From Hyalangium minutum (lineage in GTDB: Bacteria > Myxococcota > Myxococcia > Myxococcales > Myxococcaceae): 62,000 bases of DNA. The notes beneath the pieces were generated by a model that worked only from the letters and a program-made list of their open reading frames with translations, made no database searches and was not told the DNA's origin. Position numbers and translations under genes: made by a program. The stretch covers positions 20,001-82,000 of the forward strand of contig NZ_JMCB01000001.1 of NCBI RefSeq assembly GCF_000737315.1, written 5' to 3'. Shown in pieces: positions 19,611-27,294 of the stretch (within the stretch, counting starts at the first letter, position 1; every line of letters begins with the position of its first letter).

Positions 19611-20720
19611 TTACGCCGTGAAGGTGTTGCGGAACGGCTGCACGGCCTTGCTGAGGTGATCCAGGCCGCGGAACAGGTGCAGCATGCGGCCGATGGAGTC
19701 GAAGTCCTTGCCGAGGCGCTCCTGGCGGCGGTTCAGCCAGCTGCCGGGCCCGGGGCGCGCGGTCAGGCCGCCGTCCTGCTCGTGGCGGCGCGACAGCTGC
19801 TCGGCCAGCTTGGACAGGCCCTTGAACACATCCGACAGGCCCTTGAACACGTCGCGCATCTGCTTCAGCAGCGCGTCGGCGCCCTGCTGCGCGCCCGACG
19901 GCTGGGTGGTCGGGGTGCCCGGAGCCAGATCCTTGCCCAGCTTGAAGGACTCGCCGCCGTTGTTGCTGCCGACGATCTCCTTGCCCGTGAAGGACCAGTC
20001 ATCGGTCTCCTTGCCCATCACGAACACGTCCTTGCCACCGAAGTCGTTGACGTGCTGGAAGCCGTCGTGGGTGACCTGGCCGGTCTTGCCCTTGCCCTTG
20101 TCGATGTCCGTCACCTGCACGCGGTCGTTGCCGGAGATGATGTCCAGGCCGCCGGTCACCGTCATGCCGTTGCCGTAGGGCTTGGTGGTGACGTTGATAC
20201 GGGTGCCGTCGCCCAGCACGAAGGTGCTGTCCTTCTTGAAGTCCCACTTGCCGCCGTCGCCCTCGGCCACGTGCGGGTCGCCCCAGATCTTCGTCTCCTT
20301 GCCGTCCGGACCGGAGATCTTCCAGTCGAACTGGCCGAGCTGCTCGATCTTGTAGCCGCCGGGGGTGGTCACCACGCCGTTGGAGCTCGTCTGCAGGCTG
20401 CCCTGGGGGTGCGAGCCCTGCGAGGGGTTCGGGGTCTCAGGACCCACCGCCATCTTCCACAGGTCGTCCAGCGAGCGGGGGCCCGTGGAGGACGGAGGAA
20501 CGAAGCCGGTGTTGCCGCCGGCCGCAGTGCCCGGCGAGGTGGCGCCGGGGGGAACGAAGCCGGTGTTGCCCGTGGCCGCGGTGCTCGGGGCCTGCGCGGA
20601 GGCGGCCTTGATCAGCTGCGCCTCGAGCTTGTTGAGCTTGCCCTCGAGGGTGCTCAGCTGGGAGCTGAGGGTGTTGAGAGGATTGGCTCCGATACCCACA
20701 GGCTTCGACGTGATCGACAT
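19611..20720 (-). CDS. DUF1521 (MIIA, metal-induced autocleavage) domain protein; candidate T3SS substrate
   Basis: T.GGYKI...KIWGDPHV....WDFK....F.L.DGT.I.V.T; low-complexity N-terminus, no signal peptide. Confidence 0.8.
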   Translation of the reverse strand: MSITSKPVGIGANPLNTLSSQLSTLEGKLNKLEAQLIKAASAQAPSTAATGNTGFVPPGATSPGTAAGGNTGFVPPSSTGPRSLDDLWKMAVGPETPNPSQGSHPQGSLQTSSNGVVTTPGGYKIEQLGQFDWKISGPDGKETKIWGDPHVAEGDGGKWDFKKDSTFVLGDGTRINVTTKPYGNGMTVTGGLDIISGNDRVQVTDIDKGKGKTGQVTHDGFQHVNDFGGKDVFVMGKETDDWSFTGKEIVGSNNGGESFKLGKDLAPGTPTTQPSGAQQGADALLKQMRDVFKGLSDVFKGLSKLAEQLSRRHEQDGGLTARPGPGSWLNRRQERLGKDFDSIGRMLHLFRGLDHLSKAVQPFRNTFTA

Positions 20721-20803
20721 GATTACTATCCTTTTTGGTTAAAGCGCCGCGGCCGCCCCTCCGAGAGGGAGAAGCGCTGCCGCCCAGCGCATTTCTTACT
20801 ATG

Positions 20804-20832
20804 AGTATCGGCCCATCCGCTTCAGAGTTTCG
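20804..20832 (-). promoter_or_regulatory. Sigma-28-type promoter of the MIIA gene
   Basis: CGAAAC-N15-CCGATACT. Confidence 0.7.
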
Positions 20833-21026
20833 TGGCGATTTTCACCAACATTATCGGTCGCTTGACCGATGCACTGCCAGCTCCACCCGAGCGCAGATAG
20901 GCACACAAAGTCGCACCCGAGCGGTCGGATCGCGCGCTCGAAGCCCAAAACGAAACCGGCCCCGCGGAAGGACCTGAGGTCCTCGCGAGGCCGGCTCCGA
21001 ACTGCTCTGTAGCGCCTACCCGGCTA

Positions 21027-21254
21027 TCACACCGCCAGGTTCTGGATGACGCTCTTGCTCATCTCGTGCAGCGCCTTCATCATCGTCGTCGCCAGCTGCA
21101 CCATCTCCTGCATCCGCTGCATCTCAGCCTGAACCTTCAGAAGGTTCTTCTGCTCCGCGGGGATGTTCTGGTTGTCGATCCACGAGTTCATCGTGCCGAC
21201 GTTGCTGTTGATGGTGCCAGAGAAGTTGTTGAAAACGCCGCCGAGGCTGGACAT
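21027..21254 (-). CDS. SctF-like needle subunit, copy 2 (Ala variant)
   Basis: Identical to copy 1 except KVQAEM. Confidence 0.75.
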   Translation of the reverse strand: MSSLGGVFNNFSGTINSNVGTMNSWIDNQNIPAEQKNLLKVQAEMQRMQEMVQLATTMMKALHEMSKSVIQNLAV

Positions 21255-21314
21255 GTGCGACTCCTTGAGACGGATGGGGTAGGAAGGGTGAACCGCGAAG
21301 CAGCTTACACCTGG

Positions 21315-21343
21315 ATTATCGGTTCTGGGCAGAGGGAGTTTCC
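21315..21343 (-). promoter_or_regulatory. Sigma-28-type promoter of copy 2
   Basis: GGAAAC-N15-CCGATAAT. Confidence 0.8.
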
Positions 21344-21516
21344 TGGAATTTTCCGGATCATTTCCTACCTCCCGGATCCCCTCGAGTCGCCTGAGCCTCT
21401 GAGCCCAGTTCGGCGCCCGCGGGCTCCTGCGGCGCCAAAACGAAACCGGCCCCGCGGAAGGACCTGAGGTCCTCGCGAGGCCGGCTCCGAGCTGCTCTGT
21501 AGCGCCTACCCGGCTA

Positions 21517-21744
21517 TCACACCGCCAGGTTCTGGATGACGCTCTTGCTCATCTCGTGCAGCGCCTTCATCATCGTCGTCGCCAGCTGCACCATCTCCTG
21601 CATCCGCTGCATCTCGGACTGAACCTTCAGAAGGTTCTTCTGCTCCGCGGGGATGTTCTGGTTGTCGATCCACGAGTTCATCGTGCCGACGTTGCTGTTG
21701 ATGGTGCCAGAGAAGTTGTTGAAAACGCCGCCGAGGCTGGACAT
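21517..21744 (-). CDS. SctF-like needle subunit, copy 3 (Ser variant)
   Basis: Protein identical to copy 1. Confidence 0.75.
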   Translation of the reverse strand: MSSLGGVFNNFSGTINSNVGTMNSWIDNQNIPAEQKNLLKVQSEMQRMQEMVQLATTMMKALHEMSKSVIQNLAV

Positions 21745-21805
21745 GTGTGACTCCTGAGAGTGGGAAATTCGTTTGGGGAAGGGAAAGTAACTGCCTGACA
21801 AGCTG

Positions 21806-21834
21806 ATTATCGGGCCAGCCCTGCCGGAGTTTCC
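21806..21834 (-). promoter_or_regulatory. Sigma-28-type promoter of copy 3
   Basis: GGAAAC-N15-CCGATAAT. Confidence 0.8.
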
Positions 21835-22006
21835 TGCGACTTTTCCGGATCATTTCCTACCTCCCGGATCCCCGAGTCGCCTGAGCCTCTGAGCCCAGCT
21901 CAGCTCCCGGGGGCTCCCCAGGCCCCAAAACGAAACCGGCCCCGCGGAAGGACCTGAGGTCCTCGCGAGGCCGGCTCCGAACTGCTCTGTAGCGCCTACC
22001 CGGCTA

Positions 22007-22234
22007 TCACACCGCCAGGTTCTGGATGACGCTCTTGCTCATCTCGTGCAGCGCCTTCATCATCGTCGTCGCCAGCTGCACCATCTCCTGCATCCGCTGC
22101 ATCTCAGCCTGAACCTTCAGAAGGTTCTTCTGCTCCGCGGGGATGTTCTGGTTGTCGATCCACGAGTTCATCGTGCCGACGTTGCTGTTGATGGTGCCAG
22201 AGAAGTTGTTGAAAACACCGCCGAGGCTGGACAT
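22007..22234 (-). CDS. SctF-like needle subunit, copy 4 (Ala variant)
   Basis: Protein identical to copy 2. Confidence 0.75.
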   Translation of the reverse strand: MSSLGGVFNNFSGTINSNVGTMNSWIDNQNIPAEQKNLLKVQAEMQRMQEMVQLATTMMKALHEMSKSVIQNLAV

Positions 22235-22296
22235 GTGCGACTCCTTGAGAAAGCAGGGTGGGTGGGAGCGGCCGACAGCAGCCGCCTGACAAAATG

Positions 22297-22325
22297 ATTC
22301 TCGTGCCCACTCAGGAAAAGTTTCC
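22297..22325 (-). promoter_or_regulatory. Sigma-28-type promoter of copy 4 with degenerate -10
   Basis: GGAAAC-N15-ACGAGAAT. Confidence 0.55.
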
Positions 22326-22461
22326 TGGGGACTTTCTGGATCATTTTTCTGAGCCCAGCCGCCTGGAGTTTCCGGCTCCCGCAACAAAACCGGCCTCGCG
22401 GAAGGACCTGAGGTCCTCGCGAGGCCGGCTCCGCACTCCCCTGAAGCGACTGCCGGAGGAA

Positions 22462-22692
22462 TTACACCGACAGGTTCTGGATGGTGCTCTTGCTCATCTC
22501 GTGCAGCGCCTTCATCAGCGTGGTGGCCAGCTGGGTCATCTCCTGCATCCGCTGCATCTCGGACTGAACCTTCAGCAGGTTCTTCTGCTCCGCCGGGATG
22601 TTCTGGTTGTCAATCCACGAGTTCATCGTGTTGACGTTGCTGTTGATGGTGCCCTGGAACTGGTTGAAGACGCCCTGCAGTGCCTGCGACAT
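22462..22692 (-). CDS. SctF-like needle subunit, copy 5 (divergent paralogue, 76 aa)
   Basis: MSQALQGVFNQFQGTINSNVNTM...MTQLATTLMK..KSTIQNLSV. Confidence 0.75.
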   Translation of the reverse strand: MSQALQGVFNQFQGTINSNVNTMNSWIDNQNIPAEQKNLLKVQSEMQRMQEMTQLATTLMKALHEMSKSTIQNLSV

Positions 22693-22751
22693 GATTGACT
22701 CCGTATATGAGTGATCCGCCAGTCAGTGGCGGCTATGACTTCCTTGCCCTG

Positions 22752-22780
22752 ATTATCGGAGTCACCACCCCCGAGTTGCT
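22752..22780 (-). promoter_or_regulatory. Sigma-28-type promoter of copy 5
   Basis: AGCAAC-N15-CCGATAAT. Confidence 0.75.
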
Positions 22781-22939
22781 TGGGGATTTTCGGAATCATT
22801 TCGCCGCCAGTGCGAGCTCCGGAGCCGGTGGCGCGGAGGCCTGGAGGCCCTCGAGGCCCAAAACGAAACCGGCCCCGCGGAAGGACCTGAGGTCCTCGCG
22901 AGGCCGGCTCCGAACTGCTCTGTAGCGCCTACCCGGCTA

Positions 22940-23167
22940 TCACACCGCCAGGTTCTGGATGACGCTCTTGCTCATCTCGTGCAGCGCCTTCATCATCGTC
23001 GTCGCCAGCTGCACCATCTCCTGCATCCGCTGCATCTCGGACTGAACCTTCAGAAGGTTCTTCTGCTCCGCAGGGATGTTCTGGTTGTCGATCCACGAGT
23101 TCATCGTGCCGACGTTGCTGTTGATGGTGCCAGAGAAGTTGTTGAAAACGCCGCCGAGGCTGGACAT
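22940..23167 (-). CDS. SctF-like needle subunit, copy 6 (Ser variant)
   Basis: Protein identical to copy 1. Confidence 0.75.
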   Translation of the reverse strand: MSSLGGVFNNFSGTINSNVGTMNSWIDNQNIPAEQKNLLKVQSEMQRMQEMVQLATTMMKALHEMSKSVIQNLAV

Positions 23168-23229
23168 GTGTGACTCCTGAGAGTGGGAAATTCGTTTGGG
23201 GGAAGCGAAAGTAACCGCCTGACAGCCTG

Positions 23230-23258
23230 ATTATCGGACCCACACCGCCGGAGTTTCC
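23230..23258 (-). promoter_or_regulatory. Sigma-28-type promoter of copy 6
   Basis: GGAAAC-N15-CCGATAAT. Confidence 0.8.
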
Positions 23259-23305
23259 TCCGGTTTTCCAGGATCATTTCCTGGTCGGCCAAGTCCTTGA
23301 AATCA

Positions 23306-23941
23306 CTAGCCCTTCAGCTTGCCGATGGAGGGGTTCTTCATCCAGGTCTTGAAGGACTCGAGCTGCTGCTGCTCGGACTTGGGCTCCTGGGCAGCCGGGG
23401 CCTTGGGGGGCGCGGCCGTCTCCGGGTTGAGCGTCATCTTGCTGGGCTTGGAGCCACCCCCCTCAAAACCATCCTGCGCCTTCTTGGCGCCAGGGGCCAC
23501 GGGAGCCGCAGGGGCCGCAGGGGCCGCGACGCCGCCGGCCACGTTCGGAACCTGGACGCCCTCGAGGAGCGACGGGCCCATGATCTTCTCGGGGATCTTC
23601 ACGCCCTCGGGCAGCTGCATCTGGCCGGTGAAGCCGAAGGCCACCAGACGCTTCTGCATGTACTCCACGCACTGCATGATGATGGCCGGGGGCGGCAGGA
23701 CGGGATCCTTCATGAAGCGCATGAAGGCGTCCTTCACGTCCTGGTAGATCTGCATGTCGAACGGCGAGCCCGGGCGCGTGTGCAGCATCAGCTCGTGGAA
23801 CTTGCGCAGCAGGGGCTGCGCGGTGCCGGTGGCCGCCTTGGCCTGCTTCTCGACCTCGGGAATCAGCCGCTCACGCTCTGCCGCCAGCTCGGGCGGCTCG
23901 GGGGGAAACTGCGGGGCATTGGGGTTCTTCGCGTTCGACAT
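23306..23941 (-). CDS. T3SS-cluster hypothetical protein
   Basis: GGAGGAG RBS; helical N-terminal half, Ala/Pro-rich C-terminal half. Confidence 0.75.
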   Translation of the reverse strand: MSNAKNPNAPQFPPEPPELAAERERLIPEVEKQAKAATGTAQPLLRKFHELMLHTRPGSPFDMQIYQDVKDAFMRFMKDPVLPPPAIIMQCVEYMQKRLVAFGFTGQMQLPEGVKIPEKIMGPSLLEGVQVPNVAGGVAAPAAPAAPVAPGAKKAQDGFEGGGSKPSKMTLNPETAAPPKAPAAQEPKSEQQQLESFKTWMKNPSIGKLKG

Positions 23942-24078
23942 GAGGCGGGCTCCTCCCGGGGTAGGGGTGCGCTAAATCTACACGATTGCCCCATGCTAAC
24001 AGCAAAGGGGATTCCCCGATCAAGCTTACGGCTGGGAGTTTACGCGTCTTTGCCCTGCCCCGGCCCTACCGGAGAGGC

Positions 24079-24555
24079 TCAGCGGCGACCCGTGAGCGAG
24101 GAAATCATCGCATTGGCCTTCCGAGTCACCGGGTCATCCTCCGCAGCCAGCGAGGCGGCGCGGCGCAGATCCTCGATGGCCTGCGACTTCTGGCCCATGG
24201 TGAGCTTCACCTCGGCGCGGCCCACGTAGGCCTGGGCATCGTCCGAGGCCAGCTTGATGGCCACGTCATAGGCGGCCAGCGCGCCCTGGGCGTTGCCCGC
24301 GGCCAGCTCCACCACCCCGAGCGCCTTGGCGAAGTACGGATCCGTGGGGTTCACCGCGTAGAGCCCCTGGAAGAGCGTCCGCGCCTCGTTCACCCGGCCC
24401 TGGTGGAAGAAGAAGTAGGCCGTCTTGGCGATGGCGTAGAGCTCATCGTCTGAGTAGCCGCGCACGTCGCGCAGGGTCGCCTTGCCGTCCGCCCACTTCT
24501 GCAGGGCCGCGACGAGCTTCGCCTCTTCCTGGGGGCTGTTGGGGTCCGCAGCCAT
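24079..24555 (-). CDS. SycD/LcrH (or SctY-like) TPR chaperone
   Basis: G.ATLRDVRGYSDDELYAIAK.AY.FF.QGR..EA..LF.GL..VNP.D.YF. Confidence 0.85.
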   Translation of the reverse strand: MAADPNSPQEEAKLVAALQKWADGKATLRDVRGYSDDELYAIAKTAYFFFHQGRVNEARTLFQGLYAVNPTDPYFAKALGVVELAAGNAQGALAAYDVAIKLASDDAQAYVGRAEVKLTMGQKSQAIEDLRRAASLAAEDDPVTRKANAMISSLTGRR

Positions 24556-24559
24556 GATG

Positions 24560-25036
24560 CTAGTAGCCCTCGTCCTTCTGCTCCTCGCGGATGCGGCGCA
24601 TGATCTCCTGCACCTCGGAGTTCACCTGGCCCACCAGCGTCAGCATCTGCGACTCGCGCTGGAGCAGGGCCTTGAGCCGCTCCATGCGATCCGGCGGCGC
24701 GTTGATGCGCGACAGGCCACGCTCCATGAGCCGGCGCTGATCATTCTCCCCACGCTCGGCCACGCTCTCCAGCTGGGGCCGGTCCGAGAAGCCCTCGAGC
24801 GGCGCGTCATTCTGACGAGGATTGGCCGGGGTGGGCAGCCGCAGCTCCTCGGAGGAGTGCGCCGGACCGATGAAGTCCAGCAGCGCCGCCGAGGCAAGCG
24901 CCGGGTTCTTCGGGTTGCCGGTCTTCTTGGTGTTCTTGCGGTTGAGCTGCGTGCGATCGACAAGCCGCTCACGGACGCTGCGGGGACCACCCCAGGGCCA
25001 CAGCGGCGCAGGGGGTTGATTGTTGATCTTCGCCAT
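24560..25036 (-). CDS. Hypothetical T3SS protein (possibly SctX-like)
   Basis: Disordered N-terminus, helical C-terminus; immediately upstream of the TPR chaperone. Confidence 0.65.
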   Translation of the reverse strand: MAKINNQPPAPLWPWGGPRSVRERLVDRTQLNRKNTKKTGNPKNPALASAALLDFIGPAHSSEELRLPTPANPRQNDAPLEGFSDRPQLESVAERGENDQRRLMERGLSRINAPPDRMERLKALLQRESQMLTLVGQVNSEVQEIMRRIREEQKDEGY

Positions 25037-25080
25037 GGTTGTGCAACCTCACTCCAGAACAGGGCCGTTCGTCCAGTCCC

Positions 25081-25365
25081 CTACTTCTTGGCGCCGCTCG
25101 CCTGCTGCTCCTGCTGCAGGGCGTAAACGAAGTTCAGCACCTCGGCCACCGCGTCATACAGCTCCTCGGGGACTTCCTGGCCCACGTCGACGCGGTAGAG
25201 CGCATTGGCCAGGGGGAGATTCTTCATGATGGGGATGTTGTACTGCTTGGCAATCTCGCGGATTTTCTCCGCCTTGAGGCGCATCCCCTTGGCCACGACC
25301 CGAGGCGCGCCGTCCTTCTCCTTGTCGTACTTCAGCGCGATCGCGATCTCCGTCTCGTCGTTCAT
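25081..25365 (-). CDS. Stand-alone FlhB/SctU C-terminal-like protein (FlhX/YlqH type)
   Basis: [47 protein letters not shown]. Confidence 0.9.
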   Translation of the reverse strand: MNDETEIAIALKYDKEKDGAPRVVAKGMRLKAEKIREIAKQYNIPIMKNLPLANALYRVDVGQEVPEELYDAVAEVLNFVYALQQEQQASGAKK

Positions 25366-25398
25366 GGCTGCCCTGGATGATACCCCGGCCGGGCCCCG

Positions 25399-26460
25399 CT
25401 AGGCGCGGGCCGGGGAGCCCTCTTTCAGGCCGTAGACGAAGTTCAGCACCTCGGCCACCGCGTCATACAGCTCCTCGGGGATGTCCTGGCCCACGTCCAC
25501 CCGGAGCAGCGCGTGCGCCAACGGCACGTTGCGCAGCAGGGGCACGTCGGCGGCCTTGGCCAGCGCCTTGATCTGCTCGGCCTTGGAGTCCAGGCCCTTG
25601 GCGAGCACCCGGGGCGCGCCGTCCTTCTCCCGGTCGTACTTGAGCGCCACGGCGACGTGGTCCGGGTTGGTGACGATCACGTCGGCGCCCTTCACGGACT
25701 CCATCTGAGCGCTCTCCATGATCTCCTGGTGCATCTGCTTGCGGTGCGCCTTGTGGTGCGGATCGCCCTCGCTCTCCTTGTATTCCTTCTTCACCTCGTC
25801 CTTCGACATCATCATGTCCTTCATGTAGGACTTTCGCTGCCACCAGATGTCGAAGATGGAGAAGAGCAGGAAGATGAGGCCGATCTTGAAGGCGACGCGG
25901 TAGACCATCTCCCCCATCACCCCCATGATCCCCGGCACGTCCATGCGCACCGTCTGGACCACCATGCCCATGCCGTCGCGGATGACGCCGAAGATGACGT
26001 AGCCCGCGACGCTGATCTTGGCCAGGTTCTTGATCAGCTCCACGGCCGTCTTCTTGGAGAACATGTTCTTGAGGCCCTGGATGGGATTCAGCTTCTCCAG
26101 CTTGGGCATCAAGGGGTCCAGGGTGAAGAGCGAGCCCACCTGGAGGAACTCGGCCAGCCCGGCCACCACCGCGCAGGCGCCGATGACGGGTGCCACCAGC
26201 GTGAGCACCGCGCTCAAGCCCATCTCCATCAGATGGAAGGTGGCGATCTGCAGCGAGTCCGGCTTCGACATCTGATCGAACGAGTAGCGGAAGAGGATCG
26301 TCACCTTCTCTTCGATGTTGCCCCAGGTGGCCTTGACGGCGCCCAGCCCCACGAGCAGCACGAACACGCCCGTCAGGTCCTTGCTCTTCCAGACCTGGCC
26401 CTTCTTGCGTGAGTCCTGCAGCTTCTTTTGTGTGGGTTCTTCTGTCTTCTCGTCGGACAT
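25399..26460 (-). CDS. sctU: T3SS export/switch protein SctU (FlhB/YscU)
   Basis: MSDEKTEEPT.KKL.D.RKKGQV; VIVTNPDHVAVAL cleavage loop. Confidence 0.95.
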   Translation of the reverse strand: MSDEKTEEPTQKKLQDSRKKGQVWKSKDLTGVFVLLVGLGAVKATWGNIEEKVTILFRYSFDQMSKPDSLQIATFHLMEMGLSAVLTLVAPVIGACAVVAGLAEFLQVGSLFTLDPLMPKLEKLNPIQGLKNMFSKKTAVELIKNLAKISVAGYVIFGVIRDGMGMVVQTVRMDVPGIMGVMGEMVYRVAFKIGLIFLLFSIFDIWWQRKSYMKDMMMSKDEVKKEYKESEGDPHHKAHRKQMHQEIMESAQMESVKGADVIVTNPDHVAVALKYDREKDGAPRVLAKGLDSKAEQIKALAKAADVPLLRNVPLAHALLRVDVGQDIPEELYDAVAEVLNFVYGLKEGSPARA

Positions 26461-26475
26461 GGCGGGCGCCGGGTG

Positions 26476-27294
26476 TCAGCTGAGGAGTCTGATGGCGTGC
26501 TTCAGGATCGCCAGCATGGAGGCGAACTCGTCCTGGAAGCGCCCGATGATCATCTGAATGGAGATACCGAAGATGATGGCGGCCACCATGGGCTTGATGG
26601 CCATGGCGATGAAGAAGACCTGGAGGTTGGTCGCCACACGGTTGATGGCGCCCATGCCCAGGTCCGTCAGGAAGGTGGCCAGCACGACGGGCGCCGACAG
26701 GATGAGGGAGATCCTCAGGAGGTCCGCGAAGACGCGGATCGACACCTCGAAGAAGGGCCAAAGTCCGGCGCTGAACCGGGGGAAGCCGTCCAGTGGGACG
26801 GCGACGAAGCTGTCGGCCAGGGCCTCGATGACGACGTGGTGCCCGTTGAGCGTGAGGAAGAGCACCACGGCCAGCTGCGTCTTCAAGTTGGAGTAGAGCG
26901 TCACCTGCTGGCCGAGCTGGGGCACGTAGAGCTGGGCGTTGTTGCTGCCCATCATGGTGTCCGCCAGGTTTCCTGCCACGCGGGCCGCGTCGAAGATGGC
27001 GCTGACGATGAACGCCAGCGACATGCCGATGAAGATCTCCTTGAGCAGCAGCGCGATGTAGGGCAGCGGTTGGCTGGGGATGGTCCCCATCCGCTGCGCC
27101 ACGAGGGGGAACATCACGATCGACAAGGTGATGCCGACGCCCATCTTCACTTCCGTGGGCGTGACCTCTCCGCCGAGGAACGGCGAGAAGATGATCACCG
27201 GCAGGACCCGGCACATGATCAGGCCCACGGCGAAGATGATGAGCTGGATGTTGGCCTGCTCGGCCAACTTCGCGATCGCTTCCGAGGCGTTCAT
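26476..27294 (-). CDS. sctT: T3SS export apparatus SctT (FliR/YscT)
   Basis: P.FG..VP..K, EIFIG, AG.L.D..MG, DL.MG.INR motifs. Confidence 0.93.
   Translation of the reverse strand: MNASEAIAKLAEQANIQLIIFAVGLIMCRVLPVIIFSPFLGGEVTPTEVKMGVGITLSIVMFPLVAQRMGTIPSQPLPYIALLLKEIFIGMSLAFIVSAIFDAARVAGNLADTMMGSNNAQLYVPQLGQQVTLYSNLKTQLAVVLFLTLNGHHVVIEALADSFVAVPLDGFPRFSAGLWPFFEVSIRVFADLLRISLILSAPVVLATFLTDLGMGAINRVATNLQVFFIAMAIKPMVAAIIFGISIQMIIGRFQDEFASMLAILKHAIRLLS

Larger units (their letters stand above)
20940..23290 (-). repeat. Tandem array of five promoter-gene-terminator units (455-490 bp period)
   Basis: CDS low ends at 21027, 21517, 22007, 22462 and 22940; terminators at about 20947, 21437, 21927, 22383 and 22860. 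Confidence 0.95.

Noticed and set aside
20940-23290. CRISPR array or REP/BIME interpretation of the repeated palindrome
   Set aside because: Units are about 480 bp and contain full ORFs with RBSs. The palindrome is followed by a U-tract after each stop codon, so it is a terminator. No cas genes are present.
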